From the NCBI GenBank assembly GCA_963768615.1, contig CAVYIE010000007.1, positions 653,181 through 717,180 on the forward strand: a stretch of DNA of 64,000 bases, given 5' to 3'. This document shows, piece by piece, positions 9,870 through 18,607 of this stretch (its first letter is position 1; each line of letters begins with the position of its first letter). A program made the position numbers and the translations under genes. Source of the DNA: Candidatus Eiseniibacteriota bacterium. Its GTDB lineage: Bacteria > Eisenbacteria > RBG-16-71-46 > JABDJR01. The notes beneath the pieces were generated by a model that saw nothing but the letters and a program-made list of their open reading frames with translations, was not told the origin of the DNA and ran no database searches.

Positions 9870-10229
9870 CTAGGCGCTCACCGCCTCCCGGGCCACCGTG
9901 GCCAGCTCCTTGAACGCCTCGGCGTCCCGCACCGCCAGCTCGGCCAGGAGCTTGCGGTCGATGTCCACGCTGGCCCGCTTCAAGCCGTTGATGAGGGTGC
10001 TGTAGGACATCCCGTTCTGGCGGGCGGCGGCGTTGATCCGGGTGATCCACAGCCGGCGGAAGTCCCGCTTCTTGCGGCGGCGATGCTCGTAGGCGAACTG
10101 GAGGCCGCGCATGACGGTCTCGTTGGCGCTCTTGAACAGGCGGGACCGGCCGCCGACGTTGCCTTTGGCCGCGGCCAGGACCTTCTTTCGCCGGGCGCGT
10201 CCCGGCACCACTCCACGTGCGCGTGGCAT
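9870..10229 (-). CDS. rplT: 50S ribosomal protein L20
   Basis: 119 aa MPRARGVVPGRARRKKVLAAAKG...FKSANETVMRGLQFAYEHRR. Confidence 0.95.
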   Translation of the reverse strand: MPRARGVVPGRARRKKVLAAAKGNVGGRSRLFKSANETVMRGLQFAYEHRRRKKRDFRRLWITRINAAARQNGMSYSTLINGLKRASVDIDRKLLAELAVRDAEAFKELATVAREAVSA

Positions 10230-10313
10230 ATTCGTTCCTCCCGCCCCCTCGATCGGGGGCCTGACTCGCCGGCTCCCGCCTCCCGGCGGGTTCCGGATGG
10301 GACCCCTGCGGTC

Positions 10314-10511
10314 CTAGCTGTAGGGCAGCATCCTCTTGACGTGACCCTCGTCGGCCTTGTCCACCATGGTGGCCTGGCGGAGGTTCCGCTTCCGCTTGGT
10401 GTCCTTCTTGGTGAGGATGTGGCTGTGATACGCCTTCCCGCGCTTCATGCGGCCGGACGCGGTGACCTTGAAGCGCTTGGCCGCGCCCCGCTTGGTCTTC
10501 ATCTTGGGCAT
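10314..10511 (-). CDS. rpmI: 50S ribosomal protein L35
   Basis: 65 aa [36 protein letters not shown]. Confidence 0.95.
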   Translation of the reverse strand: MPKMKTKRGAAKRFKVTASGRMKRGKAYHSHILTKKDTKRKRNLRQATMVDKADEGHVKRMLPYS

Positions 10512-10540
10512 CGTCTCTCCTCGTTCCGGAGCGCCGCGGC

Positions 10541-11107
10541 CTAGGCCGGAGCCTCCTCGTCGTCCTTGCCGGTCTTCCCCCGGTCCTTGCGGGGCATCAT
10601 GTACATGGTCATGGTGTAGCCCTCCATGCGGGGAGGGTTCTCCACCTGCGCGATGTCGTCGAGGTCGACCGCGGCCCGGTCCAGCAGGGCCCGGCCCAGT
10701 TCCGAGTGGGCCATCTCCCGGCCCCGGAACATGACCGTGAACTTGACCTTGTTCTTCTCCTCGAGGAAGTTGCGGGCGTGGTTGACCTTGAAGTCGAAAT
10801 CGTGGTCGTCGATCTTGGGCCGGAACTTGACTTCCTTGACCTGGATCCGGTGCTGGACCTTCTTGGCCTTGGCCGCCCGCTTGCTCAGCTCGTATTTGTA
10901 CTTGCCGAAGTCCATGACCCGGCAGACCGGCGGGGACGCCTGCGGCGACACCTCGACCAGGTCCAATCCCCGCTCGCGAGCGAGCTTGAGCGCCTCGTAG
11001 GAGGACATCACCCCGATCTGGCTGCCGTCCTCGTCCACCACCCGCACGGTGGGAATACGAATGCGCTCGTTGACCCGAACTTGGTCCTCTTTCTTGGCTA
11101 TGCCCAT
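10541..11107 (-). CDS. infC: Translation initiation factor IF-3
   Basis: 188 aa ...[53 protein letters not shown]... Confidence 0.95.
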   Translation of the reverse strand: MGIAKKEDQVRVNERIRIPTVRVVDEDGSQIGVMSSYEALKLARERGLDLVEVSPQASPPVCRVMDFGKYKYELSKRAAKAKKVQHRIQVKEVKFRPKIDDHDFDFKVNHARNFLEEKNKVKFTVMFRGREMAHSELGRALLDRAAVDLDDIAQVENPPRMEGYTMTMYMMPRKDRGKTGKDDEEAPA

Positions 11108-11219
11108 AACCTCCTGGATCTTCCCGGGCCCCTCCGCCGGTCGCGCGTCCGCGCGCCGGGGGGTCCGGGCATGTTCATCGCTGGTGCGGCCCTTGCGAAC
11201 CGGCCCTCCGCCCCCAACG

Positions 11220-11259
11220 AAAAAGAGCGGAGCCGCGCCGGGGGCGTCCGCTCCGCTCT
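11220..11259 (-). terminator. Rho-independent terminator between thrS and infC
   Basis: On the minus strand: agagcggagc-ggacgcccccggcgcg-gctccgctct (10-bp perfect stem) followed by UUUUU (plus-strand AAAAA at 11220-11224). Confidence 0.45.
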
Positions 11260-11433
11260 CTCTCCCTCCGGGGACAAAAGCCCGTGCCGTCGGTCCTGGA
11301 CCGCGGCGTCCCCGGGCGGTAGTGAGCGCCCCCCTCTGGGGGAACCCGGTGAGCAGTCGGGCCGCGGCCGGAGACCACGGAACCCCGCCCCGGGTGAGAA
11401 GCGTCCGCCTCTGCTTGGCGCAAGTCGTGTAGT

Positions 11434-13346
11434 TTATTGCCGGGACTGGATCTCGGCAAGAATTTTCTCGGTGAACCCGGCCCGGGGGCTGGCCCCCAGA
11501 TCCCCGTCCCCCCGGTGGCGGACGGACACCGTTCCCGCCTCCTGGTCCCGCCGGCCCACCACCAGCATGTAGGGAACCTTGAGCAGCTCCGCATCGCGGA
11601 TCTTGGCCCCTATCTTCTCGTTACGCTCGTCAACCTCCACCCGGACCCCGGCCTCGAAGAGCTCCCGCCGGACCTCCTCGGCATAGTCCAGGTTCTGGGG
11701 GCTGATGGGGAGCACCTTGACCTGGGTGGGGGCCAGCCAGAGGGGAAAGTCCCCGGCGTAGTGCTCGATCAGGACCCCGAAGAACCGCTCGATGGACCCC
11801 AGGAGCGCCCGATGGATCATGTACGGCCGGTGTTTCTCCCCGTCGTCCCCGATGTAGTACAGGTCGAAGCGCTCCGGCTCGTTGAAGTCGAACTGGATCG
11901 TGCTGCACTGCCAGGAACGGCCGATGGCATCCTGGATCTTGATGTCGATCTTGGGCCCGTAGAAGGCGCCCCCTCCCTGGTCCACCTGGAAGGGGAGCCC
12001 CACCGCCTCCAGGGCCTTCCGCAGGGCGGCCTCCGCCGCCTCCCAGTCGCCGGACTCCCCCACCGCCTTTTCGGGCCGGGTGGAGAGGTAGAGGTCGAAC
12101 TCCTTGAACCCGAACGCGCGAAGCATGTCCAGGCAGAAGCGGAGCACCCGCTCGATCTCCTCCTCCATCTGCTCCGGACGCACGAAGAGGTGGGCGTCGT
12201 CCTGGGTGAAGCCGCGGACCCGCATGAGGCCGTGCAGCACCCCCGGCATCTCGTAGCGATACACGGTGCCCAGCTCCGCCCAGCGCATGGGCAGATCCCG
12301 GTAGGAGTGCAGGCTGTTCTGGTACATCTTGATGTGGAACGGGCAATTCATCGGCTTCACGTAGAATTCCTGGTCGTCCATCTCCATGGGCGGATACATG
12401 AACTCCCGGTAGAAGCCGAGATGGCCGGAGGTCTCCCACAGGTTGGCCCGGCCCACGTGGGGCGAGTACACGATCTCGTATCCGTTCTTCAGGTGCTCGT
12501 CGCGCCAGAAGTCCTCGATCACCTTGCGGATCCGGCCGCCGCGGGGATGCCAGAACACCAGTCCCCCGCCCACGTCCTCGTGGAGGGAGAAGAGGTCCAT
12601 CTCCTTGCCGATCTTCCGGTGGTCGCGCTTCTTGGCCTCCTCCAGCCGGTGGAGGTAGTCGTCGAGCTGATCCTGGGAGTACCAGGAGGTGCCGTAGATG
12701 CGCTGCAGCCGGTCCCGGTCCGAGTCCCCGCGCCAGTAGGAGCCGGCCACCGAGAGCAGCTTGACCGCGTGGAGCCGGCCGGTGGAGGGCAGGTGGGGCC
12801 CGGTGCAGAGATCCACGAAGTCCCCGTGGCGGAAGAGGGTCACCTGGGGATCGGTGATCCCCTCCAGGATCTCCACCTTGAACTTGTCCCGGCGCTGCTT
12901 GAAGTACTCGACGGCCTCTTCCCGCTTCATCCAGCTCTTCTCGAAGGGGACGTCGCGGCGGGCGATCTCGCGCATCCGGTCCTCGATCCGGGCCAGGTCC
13001 TCCTCGGTGAAAGGGCGCTCGGTCTCGAAGTCGTAGAAGAACCCGTCCTCGATGGCCGGCCCGATGGCGTACTTGGTGCCGGGGAACAGCTCCTCCACCG
13101 CCGAGGCCATGATGTGGGCGGAGCTGTGACGGTAGAGGTCGCGGGCGGCGGGATCGTCGAAGCCGAGCAGGCGGACCTCGGCCCCGTCCCGGACCGGTTC
13201 GTAGAGTCCCTTGAGGACCCCGTCCTCCTGGACGGCGAGGATCTCCTCCCCCCCCCCGCCGCACGAACCAGGTCGGAGTAGACGGCGTTCTCCGCCACCT
13301 CAACCGGACGCCGGGCGCTGTCTTCGATCACCGTGACCTTGGGCAT
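11434..13346 (-). CDS. thrS: Threonine--tRNA ligase (apparent frameshift at a C10 homopolymer)
   Basis: ORF 11434..13110 encodes the catalytic and anticodon-binding domains (RHSSAHIMASAVEEL...HRDLPMRWAELGTVYRYE...). The TGS-domain N-terminus (MPKVTVIEDSARRPVEVAENAVYSDLVRAAGGG) lies in a different frame, in ORF 12927..13346. The two frames would join if the C10 run at 13250-13259 were C11 (giving ...AAGGGEEILAVQEDG...). Confidence 0.85.
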
Positions 13347-13394
13347 GACCGCTCCTCGGGGCTCCCGGGCCGGTCCTCGGGGACCGGTCCCGGA

Positions 13395-13427
13395 GCCGAA
13401 ACAGAGACGCAGGCCGGGGGCCTGCGT
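13395..13427 (-). terminator. Putative terminator downstream of tRNA-Val
   Basis: Minus strand: acgcaggcc-ccc-ggcctgcgt (9-bp stem) followed by cucuguuucgg. Confidence 0.3.
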
Positions 13428-13533
13428 TCGGGGAACCGCTGGTTCTTCGGCCGGGGAATGGGAACCCGTGCCCGGCCGGTTCCGGATCCGCTCCGGAGGC
13501 CGTCCCGACGCGGGGGGCCGCTTCCCTTGGCCA

Positions 13534-13610
13534 TGGTGGGCGATAGTGGACTTGAACCACTGACCTCTTGCATGTCAAGCAAGCACTCTAACCAACTGAG
13601 CTAATCGCCC
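13534..13610 (-). tRNA. tRNA-Val (anticodon GAC)
   Basis: Manual cloverleaf: acceptor GGGCGAT/ATCGCCC, D-arm GCTC-AGTTGGTTA-GAGT, anticodon arm CTTGC-TTGACAT-GCAAG, T-arm AGTGG-TTCAAGT-CCACT, encoded 3' CCA. Confidence 0.9.
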
Positions 13611-13628
13611 GCGAAACTTGGGGATGGG

Positions 13629-13656
13629 AGCATACCAGAGGGGGCGTCCCTGTCAA
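13629..13656 (-). promoter_or_regulatory. Putative sigma70-type promoter for tRNA-Val
   Basis: Minus strand: TTGACA (13656-13651), 16-nt spacer, TATGCT (13634-13629), then about 18 nt to the tRNA 5' end. Overlaps a 9-bp hairpin (gggcgtccc/gggacgccc) downstream of the preceding gene. Confidence 0.3.
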
Positions 13657-13678
13657 GACGCGGGACGCCCTCCCGCGC

Positions 13679-13969
13679 CTACCATTCCGCCTCGTCTTCC
13701 TCCTCTTCCTCCTCTTCCTCGAAGTCCTCGTCCTCGTCGTCGTCGTCGTCCCAGTCCTCGTCGTCGTCGTCGAAGTCCTCGTCGTCTTCGTCTTCTTCTT
13801 CTTCGTCGTCGTAGAGCTCGTCGTCTTCTTCTTCGTCGATCATATACACCTCATCGCTGCCGCATTCGGGACAATAGCGGATCACCTCGTCGGGGTTTTC
13901 CTCGGAGGCCTCCTCGTCGAAGGTCGTGCCGTCCTCGTCCGTGTACCCGCAGTTGTCGCACTGCCACAT
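13679..13969 (-). CDS. Small zinc-ribbon protein with a poly-acidic C-terminal tail
   Basis: ATG at 13969 preceded by GGAGGT. MWQCDNCGYTDEDG...RYCPECGSDEVYMIDEEEDDELYDDEEEEDEDDEDFDDDDEDWDDDDDEDEDFEEEEEEEEDEAEW has CxxC...CxxC followed by about 60 residues of D/E. ORF 13679..14107 as listed runs into the tRNA; the internal start is preferred. Confidence 0.6.
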   Translation of the reverse strand: MWQCDNCGYTDEDGTTFDEEASEENPDEVIRYCPECGSDEVYMIDEEEDDELYDDEEEEDEDDEDFDDDDEDWDDDDDEDEDFEEEEEEEEDEAEW

Positions 13970-14074
13970 GCCAGTACCTCCAGCTCTCGCCAAGTCCCAC
14001 AGTTCTGCACCGGGGGCCATGAGGGTACAACACACCCTCCGCACCGGTTCCACCCTTTTTCTGCCGGGAAGTGA

Positions 14075-14151
14075 TGGTGCCCCCGGGGTGACTCGAACAC
14101 CCGGCACGCGGTTTAGGAAACCGCTGCTCTATCCGCCTGAGCTACGGGGGC
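14075..14151 (-). tRNA. tRNA-Arg (anticodon CCT)
   Basis: Manual cloverleaf: GCCCCCG-TA-GCTC-AGGCGGATA-GAGC-A-GCGGT-TTCCTAA-ACCGC-GTGCC-GGGTG-TTCGAGT-CACCC-CGGGGGC-A-CCA. Confidence 0.9.
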
Positions 14152-14354
14152 CAAGAGGTTAAGTGACTGTTTGGCAACAAGATCAAGGAGTCTAGCAGAT
14201 TCCGCGACGGCTCCGCTACCCGGTCGCGACGCCATCTTGGGCCCGCCTCGGGCCGGGGTCAAGCGCACCCCGTGCGCACCCTCCCCGGCCGGCCACGAAA
14301 CCGGGCCCCCGGGGCATCCGGGGGCCCGGCCGAACCCGCGCGCCGTCCGCTCGC

Positions 14355-15593
14355 TCAGGCGGCGTTCTTCACGTAGAGCTTCCGCAGTTCCACCCCGTCC
14401 ACGGAGGCCTTCCCGATGACCAGGCCGGTGGGCGAGGCCGCGGGCTGGAGCCGCAGGTACCAGGTCATGCGCTGGCGATTCAGGTCCAGTCGGTCCTGGG
14501 CCTTGAGCTTGCCCTCGGCCAGGGCCTGCACCTGGTCCTCGGGCACCACCAGGTCCTCGAGGAGGGCGCGGGGTCCGGGAGCCAGGGAGGCGGGATCCAG
14601 GGCCACGGCCACGTTCTCCGCCCGCAGCCGGAAGCCTTCGCCGTCCCTGACCACGAAGGCGTGCAGCGCCACCCGCTCCACCCCGCGCCAGGTCGCGCCC
14701 CGGTCGGCCCGGAACCCGCTGGCGTCGAGGTAGCCGGACCCGTCCCGCTCCTGGGTCATGGGTGGGCTCGCGCCCAGGGCCAGGGGAATGACGTCGACGT
14801 CCAGGTCGTCGTTTCCGCTCTCCTGAACGTCGCGGAGGATGGAGTCGAGGTGGTAGCGCGTCCCCTCGGTGCGGCTGAGATCGAAGCGCAGGGTGAGGGG
14901 CGCCGCCCCCCGGTCCCCTTTCACCAGGTCCTCGATGGATGCCTGGCGCAGCCCGGGAACACGAAGGTAGTAGTTCTCGACGATCGCGTTCCGGCCGATC
15001 CAGTGGGGCCAGCTGACCACGTTCACGGCCACGTAGCGGGAGTCGTCGGGGTTGACCAGCGCCGCCAGTCCGCCCGCGGCGGGGGGCGGGTTCCCGGCCC
15101 GGGCCACCACCTGGGCCAGGGACGCCTGCTGGGAATAGGAGCGGGTCATGTGATCCCGCGCCACTCCCACCACCGCCGCCAGCACCGCCAGCACGCCCAG
15201 GAACACGAAGGGGAGCACCACCTTCTGCTTCCGGGAGGGGGTCAGGGAGTGTTCGTGGAGCGCCGAGATGGTGCTCCCCGCCCCTGGCCCCGCCCCCCCG
15301 CCCGCCGCGGGAGAGGCGGCCTTGGCGTGCAGGGCCTCCATGTCGGCGACGTCCTTGACCGTGAGACCGGCGGCGGCGGCCTTCTCCCGGACCGCGGCCA
15401 CCTCCCCGGCGGTCATGGGGTCGGACCGGACCACCGAGTGCATGAAGTTGACCGCGTGGTAGCCCTTGATACCCAGATCCTGGATCAGCTTGCGGGCCTC
15501 GGTCTCCCCGCGCCCCATACCCGCCAGCTCCACCAGGCCCTTGCTGTCGATCCGCACCTCGACCGGATGGGTCTTCACAACCATCGTCATCAC
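14355..15593 (-). CDS. Hypothetical single-pass membrane protein (cytoplasmic N-domain of about 120 aa, one TM, periplasmic C-domain of about 270 aa)
   Basis: 412-aa ORF with ordinary, non-PGR-rich composition. TM segment VVLPFVFLGVLAVLAAVVGVA. No recognisable family. Transcribed divergently from the flippase/GT operon. Confidence 0.6.
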   Translation of the reverse strand: MMTMVVKTHPVEVRIDSKGLVELAGMGRGETEARKLIQDLGIKGYHAVNFMHSVVRSDPMTAGEVAAVREKAAAAGLTVKDVADMEALHAKAASPAAGGGAGPGAGSTISALHEHSLTPSRKQKVVLPFVFLGVLAVLAAVVGVARDHMTRSYSQQASLAQVVARAGNPPPAAGGLAALVNPDDSRYVAVNVVSWPHWIGRNAIVENYYLRVPGLRQASIEDLVKGDRGAAPLTLRFDLSRTEGTRYHLDSILRDVQESGNDDLDVDVIPLALGASPPMTQERDGSGYLDASGFRADRGATWRGVERVALHAFVVRDGEGFRLRAENVAVALDPASLAPGPRALLEDLVVPEDQVQALAEGKLKAQDRLDLNRQRMTWYLRLQPAASPTGLVIGKASVDGVELRKLYVKNAA

Positions 15594-15750
15594 CTGCCCT
15601 GTTCGATCCGGGACCGGAGCGGGCGGCTCCCGCGCCGGCTCGCGGATTCCTCCGATCCAACCTTCCCACCCGGTGGCGGGTTGCCCCTCCCCTCAAAATT
15701 CGAATTCACTTATGCTTCCCTCCGCAGGTCGACGGCCGCCGGTCCCCGCC

Positions 15751-15780
15751 TTGACACCGGACGGCTAAAAGGCGGAAAAT
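15751..15780 (+). promoter_or_regulatory. Putative promoter for the wzx-GT4-membrane-GT operon
   Basis: TTGACA at 15751-15756, 18-nt spacer, GAAAAT at 15775-15780. A 10-bp perfect palindrome AATTCGAATT lies at 15697-15706 in the divergent intergenic region. Confidence 0.25.
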
Positions 15781-15872
15781 TGTGCGCTTATGCGCGCCGG
15801 AGTTCTCCGGTGCGAGCCCGGGCCCGAAGCGGCCGGGGTGTCCGGACCCCCCGGGCCGGGCCGAAGGCGCGC

Positions 15873-17378
15873 GTGAGGCCCAACCCGAGACCCGATCGCC
15901 ACTTGAGCCAGAACAACTCCGAGTTCCTCCGCGGACTGCTCACCCTCACCCTCAGCCGCTACTTCGTCCGGGGCTTGAGCCTGCTCAAGGGCCTGGTGGT
16001 GGCCCGCGTCCTGGGCCCCAGCCTGTACGGGATGCTGGGGATCCTGGCCGTGTTCATGGGCTACAGCGCCTACGCCGACCTCGGCATCTTCGGCGGGCTC
16101 ACCAAGACCCTCCCCGTCCACCTCTCCCGCGAGGAGCGCGAGGAGATGGCCCGCCAGGAGGGAATCGGCTTCACCTCGGTCACCCTCCTCACCGTGCTCT
16201 TCGCGGCGGTGGTCATGGGGGTCATGTGGGAACGGGGGGCGGTGGTGAAGCGCGCCCTCCCCGCCCTGGCCTTCGCCATGATCGCCCAGCAGTTCTTCAA
16301 GTACTGCACGGTGCTGCTCCGGGCCCGGAGCCGGTTCGGCGAGACCGCCTTCGCGTGGAGCTTCCTCCAGATCCTGGACATGCTCTTCGTGCTCGCCCTG
16401 GTCTTCCCCCTCAACCTCACCGGGGTGTTCCTCGGCCAGGGGCTGGCCTTCACCGTGGCCGCGGCGGTCATCGCCCGCCGTAACCGGCTCGTCCCCCGCC
16501 TCATTCTCGACCCCCGCTTCTCCGCCGTGCTCATCCGGGCGGGCATCCCCCTGGTGGTCTCCACCCTCACCTTCCTCCTCCTGCAGACCGTGGACCGCTT
16601 CCTTATCGTGGGTTTCCTCAGCGCGGAGGCCCTGGGCCACTACATGATCGGGGTGTTCTGCGCCAACTTCATCTACTTCATCCCCCAGAGCCTGGGCTAC
16701 GTGCTGTTTCCCAACTTCCGGGAACGGCTGGCCGGCCTCGCCGAGGGCGAGCGCCCGCCGCTCCGGTACATCGAGCTTCCCACCCGGATGCTCTCCTATG
16801 TGCTCCCTCCCTTCACCGCCATGGTGTTCCTGGGCATTCCCGTCATCGGGCTCCTCCTGCCCGCCTACGTGCCGGGGTTGGAGAGCGCCCGCATCCTGGT
16901 CATGGGGACCTTCTTCCTCTCCCTGGTCACCAGCATCACCAGCTTCCTCATCGCCGCCGACCGCCACTGGTCTTTGATGGGGGTGCAGGTGGCGGCGGTG
17001 CTGATGGACTTGGGGCTCAACTACTTCGCCCTCCGGACCGGCCGCGGCATCGAGGGGGTGGCCCTGGCCACCGCCCTCTCCTACGTGTTCTACGCCACCG
17101 CCTCCCTGGCCCTGGCCTACCGCTACCTGCGCTTCCGCTGGGAGGCGATGACGCCCCGCCTGGGCCGGCTCTACGCCCCCTACCTGTACACCCTCGCCGC
17201 CGCGCTCCTGGTGGCCTCCTGGAGCCCCCTCGGGAACCCGGGTCCGGTGATCCTCACCGTGGTCCTGCGCGAGGTCGTCTTCCTGCTCGCCCTGCTCCCG
17301 GGAGTGTGGCTGCTCCAGCGCACCACCGGAGCGGTGGGCGAGGTGGCGGGCATGATCCGGAAGGCGGTGCGGACGTGA
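15873..17378 (+). CDS. Polysaccharide/oligosaccharide flippase, Wzx-like (MOP superfamily)
   Basis: About 500 aa with 12-14 TM helices. The N-terminus ...LLTLTLSRYFVRGLSLLKGLVVARVLGPSLYGMLGIL is typical of Wzx/RfbX-type polysaccharide biosynthesis proteins. Start at GTG 15873 or TTG 15903. Confidence 0.8.
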   Translation: MRPNPRPDRHLSQNNSEFLRGLLTLTLSRYFVRGLSLLKGLVVARVLGPSLYGMLGILAVFMGYSAYADLGIFGGLTKTLPVHLSREEREEMARQEGIGFTSVTLLTVLFAAVVMGVMWERGAVVKRALPALAFAMIAQQFFKYCTVLLRARSRFGETAFAWSFLQILDMLFVLALVFPLNLTGVFLGQGLAFTVAAAVIARRNRLVPRLILDPRFSAVLIRAGIPLVVSTLTFLLLQTVDRFLIVGFLSAEALGHYMIGVFCANFIYFIPQSLGYVLFPNFRERLAGLAEGERPPLRYIELPTRMLSYVLPPFTAMVFLGIPVIGLLLPAYVPGLESARILVMGTFFLSLVTSITSFLIAADRHWSLMGVQVAAVLMDLGLNYFALRTGRGIEGVALATALSYVFYATASLALAYRYLRFRWEAMTPRLGRLYAPYLYTLAAALLVASWSPLGNPGPVILTVVLREVVFLLALLPGVWLLQRTTGAVGEVAGMIRKAVRT

Positions 17379-18607
17379 GCGCCCCCCGCGTGCTCATGGT
17401 CATCCAGCGCTTCCGGCCCACCTTCACCGGGCACGGCATCCAGGTGGAGACCCTGGCCCGGGAGCTGGGCGCCCTGGGCGTCCGCACCGAGATCGTGACC
17501 CGGGCCCTGCCCGGGTCGCCGGAGCGGGAGGACGGTCCGGTGCCGGTGCGCCGCTTCCCCATGACCCCCACCCGGAATCCGGTCCGGCTCTGGTGGGAGC
17601 ACCGCCCGCTCCTGAACTACATCCGCGGCTCCGGGGACCGGTTCGACATCCTGCACGTGCACGGAGCGCCTCCCGGCCTCCCCTACCTGCTCGACGCCGG
17701 CCGCAAGGCGGGGCTTCGGACCGTGGTCACCAGCACCCTGCTCACCGCCGACGATCCCCTCTCCATCAAGGGACGGGGACGGCTGGCCGCGTGGCGGTTC
17801 AAGTCCTTGCGGGGGGCGGACCGGTTCGTGGCCATCTGCCCCGCCCTGCTCGACACCTACCCCGCCGCCGGCATCGACCCCGCCCGGGTCTCCCACATCC
17901 CGGTGGGCGTCTCGGTCCGGCGCTTCCACCCCCCCACCGACCGGGAGGCGGAGGCCGAGGCCCTGGGCTGGCCCCGGGACGTCCCCCGCGCGCTCTTCGT
18001 GGGAGGGGTGCTCCGGCGGAAGGGCGTGGACGTGCTGCTCAGCGCCTGGGAGCGGGTCCTGGCCCGTCTTCCCGAGGCCCGGCTGTACGTGGCCGGGCCC
18101 CTGGACTTCCCCCATGCCGCCGGGCCCGACGCCGAGGCCTTCGCCGAGGCCTGCCGCGAGCGGGCGGGGCGCCCGCCCCTGGCCGGGCGGGTGTTCCTGC
18201 TCGGCACCCGGGACGACACCGCCGCCCTCTACCGGGCCGCCCACGTGTTCGTGTTCCCCTCCCGGGTGGAGGGGTTCCCCAACGTGCTCCTGGAAACCCT
18301 GGCCTCGGCCACCCCGGCGGTGACCGCCCGCATTCCCGGCTCCACCGACGTGAGCGTGCGCGACGGGGAGAACGGCTTCGTGGTTCCCCAGGAGGATCCC
18401 GGGGCCCTGGCCGGCCGCGCGGTGCAGCTCCTCACCGACTCCGCCCTCCGGGACCGCTTCGCCGCCGCCGCCCGGGCCGACGCCGAGGCCCGCTTCGCCT
18501 TCCCGGTGGTGGCCCGCGCCCACCTGGAGCTCTACCGCCGCCTGCTGGACCCGGCCTCGCCGCCTCCGGCCGGCCCCGCGCCGGGAGCGAGCCGTGCCCA
18601 CCGCTGA
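17375..18607 (+). CDS. Glycosyltransferase family 4 (GT-B)
   Basis: The GTG start overlaps the flippase stop (GTGA). Contains ...VFVFPSRVEGFPNVLLETLASATPAV..., the E-x7-E motif of retaining GT4 enzymes. Confidence 0.85.
   Translation: MSAPRVLMVIQRFRPTFTGHGIQVETLARELGALGVRTEIVTRALPGSPEREDGPVPVRRFPMTPTRNPVRLWWEHRPLLNYIRGSGDRFDILHVHGAPPGLPYLLDAGRKAGLRTVVTSTLLTADDPLSIKGRGRLAAWRFKSLRGADRFVAICPALLDTYPAAGIDPARVSHIPVGVSVRRFHPPTDREAEAEALGWPRDVPRALFVGGVLRRKGVDVLLSAWERVLARLPEARLYVAGPLDFPHAAGPDAEAFAEACRERAGRPPLAGRVFLLGTRDDTAALYRAAHVFVFPSRVEGFPNVLLETLASATPAVTARIPGSTDVSVRDGENGFVVPQEDPGALAGRAVQLLTDSALRDRFAAAARADAEARFAFPVVARAHLELYRRLLDPASPPPAGPAPGASRAHR

Noticed and set aside
12927-13346. 139-aa ORF called as a separate small gene
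   Set aside because: Its first 33 residues are the ThrRS TGS-domain N-terminus. The remainder is out-of-frame read-through, so it belongs to thrS (frameshift at the C10 run).
13618-14022. 134-aa plus-strand ORF rich in PRRRRRSP repeats
   Set aside because: It is the reverse-complement image of the poly-Asp/Glu tail of the zinc-ribbon gene (GAx codons read backwards). The minus-strand gene has a proper RBS and a Cys4 motif.
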